Shown here piece by piece: positions 42,140 through 51,524 of a stretch of 64,000 nucleotides of DNA; position 1 is the first letter of the stretch; each line of letters begins with the position of its first letter. The notes under the pieces are model-generated. The model saw only the letters and a program-made list of their open reading frames with translations. It was not told the origin of the DNA and ran no database searches. Position numbers and translations under genes: made by a program. Origin of the DNA: an uncultured Nitrososphaeraceae archaeon (lineage in GTDB: Archaea > Thermoproteota > Nitrososphaeria > Nitrososphaerales > Nitrososphaeraceae). The DNA lies in contig CAVZZA010000005.1 in assembly GCA_963779615.1 (NCBI GenBank), forward strand, positions 32,001-96,000, given 5' to 3'.

Positions 42140-42370
42140 TTATGATTCAAATTCTTTAGACGATTTATTGGCCCAAAATAGGATTGCAATTGTGCTTATT
42201 CCTGACCCTATTATACCAGCAATTAATGCTTCTAAAAAAAATTTTGAAAAAATATTAGGGATGAAAGATTTAAAAAAGTTAAGCATAGAGGGTAAAATAA
42301 AATAGGCCATTATACCACCCATGAAACCCAGAATCCAAACTATAAAAACTATTAGAAATCTATTCATCAC
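42140..42370 (-). CDS. Small 2-TM membrane protein
   Basis: Two hydrophobic helices. Confidence 0.65.
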   Translation of the reverse strand: MMNRFLIVFIVWILGFMGGIMAYFILPSMLNFFKSFIPNIFSKFFLEALIAGIIGSGISTIAILFWANKSSKEFES

Positions 42371-42506
42371 TAGAATCCCATTTTTTCGAGTGTAGATAAA
42401 TCCGATGCTCTAACAATAAATTTTTAGAAATAAAAGACAATATTCATCTATCTATAAATAAAGATATTAATATGAATTATGTCGTTTTTAGTATGTGTAA
42501 TGCAAG

Positions 42507-42800
42507 TTGACAGCAACAAAGAAAGAATTAAAACAAAAGGAAAATTTAGAAAAGTTAAATAATGCAACTACAACCCTTGAGGCATTAACCAAAAATATTA
42601 ACATACAAAGAAACATCAGGAATATGATAAGAGAGGTTTTGATGATTTTGAAGGATGAAAAAGGAGGAGGCAGCATTTCAGTAAGAGCCGCAAATGCTAT
42701 CAGTATGTTAGATGGAGTGACTCAGAATCCACAAATGCAATCACATATTAGAACTTCCCTTTGGCAAGTAGTTTCAGCTTTAGAAAGCATTAGAGAATAA
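42507..42800 (+). CDS. UPF0147 family protein
   Basis: RNIR, VRAANAISML, P.M..H.RT.LWQVVS.LE. Confidence 0.85.
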   Translation: MTATKKELKQKENLEKLNNATTTLEALTKNINIQRNIRNMIREVLMILKDEKGGGSISVRAANAISMLDGVTQNPQMQSHIRTSLWQVVSALESIRE

Positions 42801-42823
42801 GATCCATCGAAAATAAAAGGTGA

Positions 42824-42967
42824 TTATTCTGAAGAAGAAGGTTTGTTTGGTTTAGGGAGCGGCGGTAGTTTTTCTAGTTTATGTTCTGGATTAGCCAAGT
42901 AATGCCTCGACGCACCCTCTCCGCTTAATATAATGTTACAGTTAATACATCTATATCTTATTGCCAA
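42824..42967 (-). CDS. Putative 47-aa C2H2-like zinc-finger microprotein (below the ORF-track cutoff)
   Basis: TTG start; translation MAIRYRCINCNIILSGEGASRHYLANPEHKLEKLPPLPKPNKPSSSE*. Confidence 0.6.
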   Translation of the reverse strand: MAIRYRCINCNIILSGEGASRHYLANPEHKLEKLPPLPKPNKPSSSE

Positions 42968-43015
42968 TTTAGATCAGTATTAAAACATCAAACATAGGAA
43001 AAAACCTATCGAAAA

Positions 43016-45158
43016 CTACCTCAATTTTATTATTTCTCTATTGTCTGGAACACCGGATCTTATTCGTAACCTGGAATAAACAGTACCTAGCAACATTTTC
43101 TGATTTTGATTTTTCGCCATGATTTACTAATACTCTTTTTGGTTTAATCTTTGATATGAAAGACAATATTTGATTAAAGTCGCTATGCCCACTGAAACCA
43201 TCTATTTTTTGTTTAGCACACCTTACTGGTACAACTTTCATTTTTCCATTTTTGTCTACCATACTAGCTTCGGATATAGTTCCATCCAGAACTCGTCTTC
43301 CCAATGTTCCATTAATTTGATAGGATACAAAAATAATTTTATTGTTTGGATTTGGAGAAATTTCTTTGAAATACTCTACTGATGGACCACCCTCTAACAT
43401 TCCCGAAGTAGCCATGATAATTGACGGTGAATCATCATTAAACACTTCATCTCGCTTGCCAAGACCATTTATAACTGTAAAATAAGAAGACAGGAATGGA
43501 TTGATACCTTGTAATACGGATTTTCTCACATCATATCCTAAATAATGAGCATAAGACATATGAATAGCACTAGCTTCCGAGATCATTCCTTCTATAAAAA
43601 TAGGTGACTCTATTAAACGACCCTCTCGCATTTCCTTATCTAATACAAGCATAATTTCCTGAGCTCTGCCGACAGCTGGAACAGGAATTAACACTTTACC
43701 TCCTTGTTTTAATGTACGGTTAATGCTTTCAGTAAATGTGTTATAAACAGTAAGCTGATCTGGCATTATATCTGTGCTAGAACCATAAGTGCTCTCGGTA
43801 ATAATGGTTTCTACACGTGGATAACTAGAAATGGCACCATCCAACAGTTGTGTTTTTGCGTATTTATAGTCACCAGTGTACAAGATATTATGAGTCCCGG
43901 AAATATTAATGTGAACTGTTGCACTCCCCATTATATGACCTGCATTATTAAGTGTAATGGTAATGTCAGGGGAAATATCCGTGGGCTTTCCATAGGGTAT
44001 TGGTATGCAATGTTTAATCATTTCGTTTACATCCCGAAGTTCAAATGGCAAGTAATTCCCATTATTTTTACTAAGTTTAACAGAATCCATCTGTAATAGG
44101 GTCATTAAAGGTAATGTAGGCTCTGTACAATATACTGGACCCTTATAACCAAACTTATAGAGAGTGGGTAAAAATCCCTGATGGTCTATATGAGCATGGC
44201 TAATAACTACCGCATCAAGTTCATTCAAATTAAAATTAAACCAATCGATTCGTGGATAAGCATTATAGCTTTGGTTTTCTCCCGGGTTTATACCGCAATC
44301 CAACATTATTTTACTTTCAGGAGTTACCACAACAAAACATGATCTACCGACTTGCTTAACACCCCCCAAACAATAAATCATAACCTCTTTAAGATTATTA
44401 TATTGATAATTAGAAGGCCCAATTTTATAACCCCCTAGGACAGGATCCGATAATGCAGGTCTAATAAAACCATCTTTATTCGTATTCACTTTATTTAAAT
44501 AATCATCAGATTTTAGAAGGTTATTTGAAAGTAAACTGGGTCGAAAAATTCGTTTTCCCAATATAGAGTAAAAAATTTGTCGTTCTTTTGAGGATGATTT
44601 TAATGTAGAATGAATATTTTTTATGCTATTAGACGGAATATGAGGTGAACGTCTAGTATGGGTTATCCAACCAGTAACCTTGGCTATTTTTAAAAAAATA
44701 TCAGGTGTAATACCCTCAGGATTATTTACTTCCAATACCACTTCTCCTGTCGCCTCATCACAGAAAATAACGGATACCACAATATCCTTAGGTAAGATTT
44801 TAGTTATTGCTGTCCTGGTTTGATCTTCAGTTAAGCGTATATTTTGATCTGTTCTTATAATAAACCTCTTTTTTAGTGATTTGGATAATCCGGATAAATG
44901 AAGCGTTAGTTCAGTTAATGAAAATTCAGGGTTTTTTGTATAAAGAGCAATATTTGTGCCCTCAAACTTAGCACAGGTTATTTCGGCTTCCGGAGGTAGG
45001 GATTGTAAAATCTGTTTTTCCAATTTTTCTTCAAAATTCATCGTAACCTTTGAAGAACCATCATAATCATTTTTTCCAAAGCTAACTTTCGAGATGTTTT
45101 TAGGAGGAATCATATCTTTCTCTAGAACATTATTTTTTTCGATATTATCTATTGTCAA
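43016..45158 (-). CDS. Beta-CASP ribonuclease aCPSF1/FttA, apparent +1 frameshift at ~43087
   Basis: N-terminal KH region, VGRSC, DCG, SHAHIDH, AGHIMGS, TSGMLEGGP, GFSGHSD, NHGE. Removing one base restores ASTVYSRLRIRSGVPDNREIIKLR*. Confidence 0.93.
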
Positions 45159-45273
45159 TTTATTATTGATCCCTTAATCTAATTAGCATTTTTATAAAAT
45201 AAACACATAACTATATTGTCTATAAGCTAACCTAAATATTTATATTTTTATATTAAGATATAGTTAAAGGTAA

Positions 45274-45594
45274 TTATTTATTTTTTTGTTTTGATCTATT
45301 TTGAATCATTTTTTCAGCTATACTTTTTATTATTTTATTTTTCATCAAGCTATTTTTTGAAATCATGATATATCCTGATTTAATGTGGGGTCTTCGAGGA
45401 AATCTGGCAGTATCATTCAGTTGATCTGGGGATATGTCATATCCTAATGAAATAGCTGCTTCCCTTAATTCAGAAATGGATGGATCATAAATGGCTAAAG
45501 ATTTTGAAATTTTTCTTCCCTTAGCTCGAGATAGACCTTTGTTATAGTAATCCAGCCATAATATAACATTTTCATAGTCCTTCATTATAATCAA
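45274..45594 (-). CDS. srp19: Signal recognition particle protein SRP19
   Basis: ILWLDYY, SRAKGRKI, P...EL..AA..LG, FPR. Confidence 0.88.
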   Translation of the reverse strand: MIIMKDYENVILWLDYYNKGLSRAKGRKISKSLAIYDPSISELREAAISLGYDISPDQLNDTARFPRRPHIKSGYIMISKNSLMKNKIIKSIAEKMIQNRSKQKNK

Positions 45595-45639
45595 TAAGTA
45601 ATCCTAATTCGCATTTTTAAAAGTTTAGAATTATTAAGG

Positions 45640-46306
45640 GGCTCTGTTCACTTAGGCATTTTTAACTCATTGTTATGGTAATCTACAAAAAACCGCCGCC
45701 GATTCTTTACATGCTTTAGCTTGCAATTCTTTCCCCTACAGGGAAAGTAGTCATCGAAACTTTCTGTTCTGTCCTTGATGTAATGCGTGGGTCGTTCAAT
45801 CAGGCTTTTCTCCAGAGGGGAATGGATATGGTGCTTTAGATTCGAGAACCTGCATGCTTGAGGATGCCGCGTTCCACCATCAGTCGATACCGGGCACTTT
45901 CCATGCGTCTTGACCAAACCCTCGATAAACCTTTCAGCAATAGGCATGTTTCTCTCCCTGGATATGCTTGGTGCCAGAATCTGCCTGTCTTTTGGATCAA
46001 TGGCAGCCCAGAGCCAGATGCATTTAGAACCAGCCTTGATTAGTGTCTCATCCACTACGTACCCAAAAATCTTTTTTCTTTTTGTTGATATCCTTTGAGG
46101 ATGGTGTATCTGAATCCAGTTCCATATTGGGACATGGTTTCGCCTGACAAAACAGGACAGTCTTTCTGATGCCCTTCTCAATGATAGCCCTGAAAAATAC
46201 AGATACAAACCATAGCTAATGTACTCTGATGGTGTTCTGTTTCTGCAAACCATATAGGAGATAGGACATCTTCAAGCTATAGCCTTATGGTTAGGTGAAC
46301 AGAGCC
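45640..46306 (-). mobile_element. IS6-family insertion sequence (667 bp), mildly decayed
   Basis: TIRs ggctctgttcacttag / ttaggtgaacagagcc; near-TSD TATTAAGG (45632-45639)/TATCAAGG (46307-46314). Confidence 0.9.
45648..46253 (-). CDS. IS6-family DDE transposase
   Basis: VDETLIKAG, WLWAAID, STDGG, IER...KDR; paralog of 34694-35296 with several non-conservative changes. Confidence 0.88.
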   Translation of the reverse strand: MVCRNRTPSEYISYGLYLYFSGLSLRRASERLSCFVRRNHVPIWNWIQIHHPQRISTKRKKIFGYVVDETLIKAGSKCIWLWAAIDPKDRQILAPSISRERNMPIAERFIEGLVKTHGKCPVSTDGGTRHPQACRFSNLKHHIHSPLEKSLIERPTHYIKDRTESFDDYFPCRGKNCKLKHVKNRRRFFVDYHNNELKMPK

Positions 46307-46314
46307 TATCAAGG

Positions 46315-46602
46315 TTATCTTTTCTTTTTAACTGTAATTCGACAATCACTTACAATTGGATTGTAGATTCTTAAATTATCGCACATTTCTGTTATTTTTG
46401 TTTTAGCATCTTCAATATTTTTTGCGATTAATTCAATTTTTATGGATTTTGCTGTCCTTACAGATATAATATCATCATAACCTTCTTTTAGAATAAGATC
46501 ATGCAGTATGGTTTCTCCCTCAGGGTCATTTAGAAAGTGTTTATTTTCTATATTAAGAATAGCTGAAAATACGATTCCTTTGTTGTTATTTAATTCAACC
46601 AT
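46315..46602 (-). CDS. purS: Phosphoribosylformylglycinamidine synthase subunit PurS
   Basis: DPEGETI, VRTAK, MCDNL..NP. Confidence 0.88.
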   Translation of the reverse strand: MVELNNNKGIVFSAILNIENKHFLNDPEGETILHDLILKEGYDDIISVRTAKSIKIELIAKNIEDAKTKITEMCDNLRIYNPIVSDCRITVKKKR

Positions 46603-46676
46603 ACCAACTAAATAACAATAAGGCACAATAAATACAAAAGCTTTTAATTACCTCATTTAATTGATAATAATTTTAT

Positions 46677-46750
46677 GGTCATGTAGCTCAGCTTGGCAGA
46701 GCGAAGGTTTTGTAAACCTTAGGCCGCGGGTTCAAATCCCGTCATGACCT
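46677..46750 (+). tRNA. tRNA-Thr(UGU), intronless, CCA not encoded
   Basis: Acceptor GGTCATG/CATGACC, D arm GCTC/GAGC, anticodon arm AAGGT-TTTGTAA-ACCTT, T arm GCGGG-TTCAAAT-CCCGT, discriminator T. Confidence 0.93.
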
Positions 46751-46801
46751 TATTTTATTGTCAACAAGTATAATTCTTATTGATTAATTTGATAGCTTTA
46801 T

Positions 46802-47146
46802 TTGACAGAAGAAGATGTAAGTAATAAGGAATATACACATTTGTCTATGGAATTGTTAGGAGATATTTTACATTTTTCAAAGAGCGGAAGATTGATTGTT
46901 AAAATTGATAATTATAAGCCATTTATGAAGTCAGGACAAAATATATCAGACAATCAAGGGAAAAAAATAGGTAAGATTTCTGAAATCCTAGGACCTGTCA
47001 GGTCACCCTATGCATCTGTCGTTCCCTTTATTCAGAAAAGAAATAAATTATCTGGAACAAAAGTTTACATTTATGAAAATCTGAACAAAACCTATAAATC
47101 AAAAAAAAATAAACCCGTATTTCAAATAAAAAGGAACAAAAAGTAG
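46802..47146 (+). CDS. gar1: H/ACA RNP protein Gar1/Naf1
   Basis: LGDILHFSKSG, IGKISEILGPVRSPY; upstream of TFB. Confidence 0.85.
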   Translation: MTEEDVSNKEYTHLSMELLGDILHFSKSGRLIVKIDNYKPFMKSGQNISDNQGKKIGKISEILGPVRSPYASVVPFIQKRNKLSGTKVYIYENLNKTYKSKKNKPVFQIKRNKK

Positions 47147-47159
47147 GTAAACATTATAC

Positions 47160-48239
47160 ATGTATAATAGATTAAACTTAAAGGATAACTGCCCAGAATG
47201 CAATGCCAATATTATTCACGATAGTATAAAAGGCGAATTTATCTGTGGTGTATGTGGATATGTAATAGAAGAGCAGCTAGAAGACTATGGACAAGAAGCA
47301 TATAATAACAATGCAATAGATAAACAAAATAACTCAAGAGCAAGTGGATTCAACAGTATTTCATATCATGATTTTGGACTTCATACCGAAATAGATTATC
47401 AGGGAAAAGATTATTCAGGGAAGGGTTTTGACGATGAGGTAAAACGGACAGTTACTAATTTAAGAAAATGGAATACCATTATTAGAATTTCCAACTCCAA
47501 AGAAAGAAGGTTATCAAATGTGTTGACTAAAATTAATGAAATTTGTTCTTTAGGGTCCTTCCCAAAAGTAGTCTGTGAAACTGCTGCAATGATTTATAGA
47601 AATTATGAAAATAAATGCGATACAAAGGGAAAATCATCTATTTGTATGGCAGCTGCGGCAATTTTTTATGCATGCAAAATATGCTCTATTTTAAGATCAT
47701 ATAACGAAATTATAAAATTATGCAATACAAGTGACAATTATCACGAGAACCTGAAATTATCTTCAAAATATTATAGATCAATGCTAATGATTTGTGAAGA
47801 TGATGAACATATTAAAAATCAAAAAAATGGGTTTAAAAAAACAAATGAAACCCTTAGTAAGGAAACAACAGAAAAAGACATTCATCCCATTAAATTAAAC
47901 CATCATTTTAGAATCTCTAACATCCAAACTATAAGCATCAGTCAATATATTTCGAAATTAGCAAATTTATCAAAGTTTGATACCAAAATTGAAAGACTTG
48001 CTTTAGAAATAGCAAAAAAAACCGAAAATCATTTATTATCAGATGGAAAATCCCCTAACGGAATTGCAGCAGCTTATATTTATCTATCATCAATACTACT
48101 AGGAGTAAATATTTTACAAATTGACATATCCAAACTTGCAGGAGTAACTGAAGTAACAATCAGAAATAGATGTAAGGATATTTTAACAAATTATAAAATT
48201 ATTCTACGGATAAAACCAAATTTTTCTAATTCCAAATAA
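47160..48239 (+). CDS. tfb: Transcription initiation factor IIB paralog
   Basis: Zn ribbon CPEC..CGVCG, HDFGL.T, LRKW, two cyclin repeats, GKSP.G.AAA.IY, VTEVTIRNR. Confidence 0.9.
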   Translation: MYNRLNLKDNCPECNANIIHDSIKGEFICGVCGYVIEEQLEDYGQEAYNNNAIDKQNNSRASGFNSISYHDFGLHTEIDYQGKDYSGKGFDDEVKRTVTNLRKWNTIIRISNSKERRLSNVLTKINEICSLGSFPKVVCETAAMIYRNYENKCDTKGKSSICMAAAAIFYACKICSILRSYNEIIKLCNTSDNYHENLKLSSKYYRSMLMICEDDEHIKNQKNGFKKTNETLSKETTEKDIHPIKLNHHFRISNIQTISISQYISKLANLSKFDTKIERLALEIAKKTENHLLSDGKSPNGIAAAYIYLSSILLGVNILQIDISKLAGVTEVTIRNRCKDILTNYKIILRIKPNFSNSK

Positions 48240-48288
48240 GCTAATTAAATTTCAAAGATATTTATTATGAGTAATTAACTTATTGTTT

Positions 48289-48606
48289 ATGGGCGGAAAT
48301 AAGAAGAAACCTACCCAATCTAATGCATCAAAATCCCAAGATAGTAAAAATACAAAAAAAGATGAAACAAAGAAACCTACCACATCAAAACCACAACAAA
48401 AACAAAAATTATCAGTATTCATTGAAGAGAACCAAGGGATGAAAGCTATTGGTGCTATGAAAGCTATTACCGTTCATGGCGTAGCAAGAACATTAGGCGT
48501 AAAGATTTCAGTAGCTAATAATTTTATCAAAAACTTGGAAAATAAGAATATTGTTGAAAACGTTGGAGGTTATAGTGGACACCGAATATATCAAAAAACT
48601 AAATAA
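48289..48606 (+). CDS. rps25e: 30S ribosomal protein S25e
   Basis: MGG.KK start, Lys-rich N-terminus, winged-helix IT...VA..LGVKISVA. Confidence 0.75.
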   Translation: MGGNKKKPTQSNASKSQDSKNTKKDETKKPTTSKPQQKQKLSVFIEENQGMKAIGAMKAITVHGVARTLGVKISVANNFIKNLENKNIVENVGGYSGHRIYQKTK

Positions 48607-48614
48607 AAATTATG

Positions 48615-49007
48615 TCAAACTCTTTGAATATTTAATATATCCCCAGGTTTTGTTTTTGTTAATTCATTTATGCTATCAGTGATACTCCCGATACGATTTA
48701 ATTGACTATTATGAATGTGATCTGTTAAAAAAATATAAATGCAATCGGAAATTGGTAAATAAGCTATATCTCCCTTATTAAATTTATTTTGAGGCTTTTC
48801 TAATCCACCATTTATACCCGATTTAATATAAACAAATTTATTTTGATAATTATTAATTAATTGACTCAGAGGCAAATTACCGACTATTTTTTTTATTGTT
48901 AAAGGAGAAAGGTGTCTAGTTAATTCCCCATTCAACTCTATATCATCATTTACGGTTACAACTATCGGTATTCTTGATACACTAACTATTTCATCAGACA
49001 CAAACAA
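48615..49007 (-). CDS. Cyclophilin-like fold protein (TM1367 type)
   Basis: LSPLT...I...LP, GDIAY.P, IG. Confidence 0.7.
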   Translation of the reverse strand: MFVSDEIVSVSRIPIVVTVNDDIELNGELTRHLSPLTIKKIVGNLPLSQLINNYQNKFVYIKSGINGGLEKPQNKFNKGDIAYLPISDCIYIFLTDHIHNSQLNRIGSITDSINELTKTKPGDILNIQRV

Positions 49008-49076
49008 AACATTAAAGTTTATAAATATGAACTTTCAGCAACGTTTAATTATATATATTAATGAATTTTCATAACA

Positions 49077-49514
49077 GTGGCTGTTAAAAGGACACGGAAG
49101 AAATCAACTGGTAAAAAAAACGAATATGATGTAGAAGAAATTCAGAATATAGAAAATGTTGACGGTGAGAAAACTAATCTAGAATCAAAAGATGACAAAC
49201 CCAAAGAAAATAAAGAGTATGTAACATATGACGCTGAAATGGAGTTTAAGCTCAAAGAAGTATTTTCAGAAGAAAATAAGATTCTGATTGGTCCTGTTAG
49301 ATTAACAAGATTTGAAAAGGCAAGAATTACAGGTGCCAGGTCATTACAACTATCTCTAGGAGCTCCTACTTTACACAAAATTCCAAACGAACTAACAGAT
49401 ACAATCCTGATAGCCAAATATGAATTGGATAAAAAAACATTGCCTATTTCAATAAGGAGAATACTCCCAAATGGATTGTTTCAAGATATACCCATAGATT
49501 GGACAATAACATAA
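49077..49514 (+). CDS. rpoK: RNA polymerase subunit K (Rpo6)
   Basis: LTRFEKARITGARSLQLSLGAP, LPISIRR.LP.G. Confidence 0.93.
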   Translation: MAVKRTRKKSTGKKNEYDVEEIQNIENVDGEKTNLESKDDKPKENKEYVTYDAEMEFKLKEVFSEENKILIGPVRLTRFEKARITGARSLQLSLGAPTLHKIPNELTDTILIAKYELDKKTLPISIRRILPNGLFQDIPIDWTIT

Positions 49515-49540
49515 CCAAAAACAAACTAAAGGTTTAGCAC

Positions 49541-50995
49541 TTATTTTCTCACAAACAAATACACATCATTAAAATTTGTCCCTGTATACCCCGTATAAAT
49601 ATTGGAATAAAGTTGTAAAAGTAAATTAAATGAATCGTGCCCGTATAGATAATCACAGACATTAATGTGCCTTTTTTTTAAAACATCGATTGTTTTTGGC
49701 GAAATTAATCCACCTGCTGCTTTAGAATTACCGTCTATACCGTCAGTTCCTATGAAAATAACAGAGTAATCTTCAATTTGACAATCACAAAAAAAATTCA
49801 GTAAATGGCATAAAGACTCTTGGTTTCTTCCACCCTTGCCAATGTTTTTTCCGATGATGGTATTTGTTATCTCCCCACCAATTAAAATACAACTATTTTT
49901 TTTTAAAAAATCTTTGACTATTTTTTTTGATTCATCAATAAACTCTAGGATGGAATTATCGTAATTCAAACGTAAATATTTCATTTCATATTTAAGACTT
50001 TTAAGATACTGTGCGATGAAATTACAAAAAACGGTGTTGTTACCAATAATAAAATTGCTAACATCCTTTTTAATGAAATCTTTATGTTTTAGTGTTTCAG
50101 GTATTTTTGATTTAATACCCAAATTTATTGTTTCCAAAGCCCTCTTAAGCGAAATGTCATCCTTATTTGATAAATGGTATTTATCAAAAATGCATTTAGC
50201 ATTTAGAAATGTTGATTCATCAAAGACAGTCAATCCGGAACCAATCGTATTTAGATAATCGCCTACCACATCTGAAAGAATCAAGCTTATAACACAGCAT
50301 TCATCATCTATATTTTTTAAAATATTCCCACCTTTAATATTGGATAAATGCTTTCTAACAATATTAATTTCTCTTATATTTGCACCACAAGTCAGTAAGT
50401 ATTGGTTTACAATTTTTTTATCTTGTAAATTCAGGGTGCTCAATGGTGAAACCATTAAAGAAGAGGTACCTCCGGATATTAAAAAAATTATCAAATCATT
50501 CCTCTTTGCTTTTTCTAACAAATCAATAACTTTTTTTGAGGCAGTTAAACTATTATTATCAGGAATTGGGTGAGACGATTTTATGACAGTTATTGTTTCT
50601 TTTTCTATGAAATCATTTTCAAAATATTGCATATTCAAAATTTGTCCTTTTGGCATTATCAATATGCTTCGTTTAATTTTTACATTAAAAATATCATAGA
50701 TCGATTTAAGCATTTTCGCAGAGGCTTTCCCCACGCTTATTACATAAATTGAATTCACATTGGCCAAATCAAAAGTTTTGCAATAATTGTCAATATCATA
50801 AACTGTTAATGACGAATTCAAATGAACTTTTTCTTTTACAATTTTCTCAGGCCTAGCATTATAGAAAGCAAATTCCAACGCGCTAATCGAATCTATTACC
50901 GATTTATAATCATGGTGTTCAAACAAAAGTTTTTTATTTTTTATAATATTCATCTCTGAACTATTTTCAGAGTTAAAATTTTCGTTATCTTTCAT
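49541..50995 (-). CDS. Glycerate kinase (DUF4147/MOFRL)
   Basis: VGKAS, HPIPD, LISGGTSSL, RKHLS.IKGG, SDVVGD, GGRNQE, TDGIDG, TGTNFND. Confidence 0.9.
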   Translation of the reverse strand: MKDNENFNSENSSEMNIIKNKKLLFEHHDYKSVIDSISALEFAFYNARPEKIVKEKVHLNSSLTVYDIDNYCKTFDLANVNSIYVISVGKASAKMLKSIYDIFNVKIKRSILIMPKGQILNMQYFENDFIEKETITVIKSSHPIPDNNSLTASKKVIDLLEKAKRNDLIIFLISGGTSSLMVSPLSTLNLQDKKIVNQYLLTCGANIREINIVRKHLSNIKGGNILKNIDDECCVISLILSDVVGDYLNTIGSGLTVFDESTFLNAKCIFDKYHLSNKDDISLKRALETINLGIKSKIPETLKHKDFIKKDVSNFIIGNNTVFCNFIAQYLKSLKYEMKYLRLNYDNSILEFIDESKKIVKDFLKKNSCILIGGEITNTIIGKNIGKGGRNQESLCHLLNFFCDCQIEDYSVIFIGTDGIDGNSKAAGGLISPKTIDVLKKRHINVCDYLYGHDSFNLLLQLYSNIYTGYTGTNFNDVYLFVRK

Positions 50996-51085
50996 AATAA
51001 AAATCCATATCCGGGATTTAAATCATTTTATCAAAAACAAAGTACAATTAAATAAAAATATATATTGTATTTTTTATAGTTTAGG

Positions 51086-51508
51086 ATGATTAATTTTTAT
51101 ACTCCAGATCAAGCCAATAGTCTTCTTCCAGAAATCAAAAAGAGATTTATCAAAATTATGAATAAAAGAAATGAAATTGTAACGATTCAGAATGAATTAA
51201 ATAGTATTATGAGCTATGATCGACCATTTGAGATTTTTTTTGAAAAAAAAAATGAGCTGAACAGAACAATATCTTCATTATATAAAGAAATAGAGGAAGT
51301 GGAGGAATTGGGTGTTCTAATAAAAAGCTTGGATGAGGGACTAGTTGATTTTGCGTCTAAGAGATTTGAGGAGGAAGTATGGTTATGTTGGAAGGTAGAA
51401 GAAGAAAAGATTAGGTTTTGGCATGGTAAAAACGAAGGATTTACTGGAAGAAAACCATTGTCAGTTAAAGGTAATTATAATGAAGATAATTTAGAGGATT
51501 TAAGATAG
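51086..51508 (+). CDS. DUF2203 family protein
   Basis: AN.LLP, GLVDF, LCWK..E..I.FWH...GF.GRKP. Confidence 0.88.
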   Translation: MINFYTPDQANSLLPEIKKRFIKIMNKRNEIVTIQNELNSIMSYDRPFEIFFEKKNELNRTISSLYKEIEEVEELGVLIKSLDEGLVDFASKRFEEEVWLCWKVEEEKIRFWHGKNEGFTGRKPLSVKGNYNEDNLEDLR

Positions 51509-51524
51509 AAAAGGAGATCTTTAT

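Noticed and set aside
42855-42926. GC-richer stretch starting gcggcggtag that looked like a tRNA or ncRNA
   Set aside because: No cloverleaf or T-loop; better explained by the minus-strand zinc-finger ORF
46677-46750. tRNA-Thr as an integration site
   Set aside because: No duplicated 3' end or integrase seen; flanked by core genes purS and gar1
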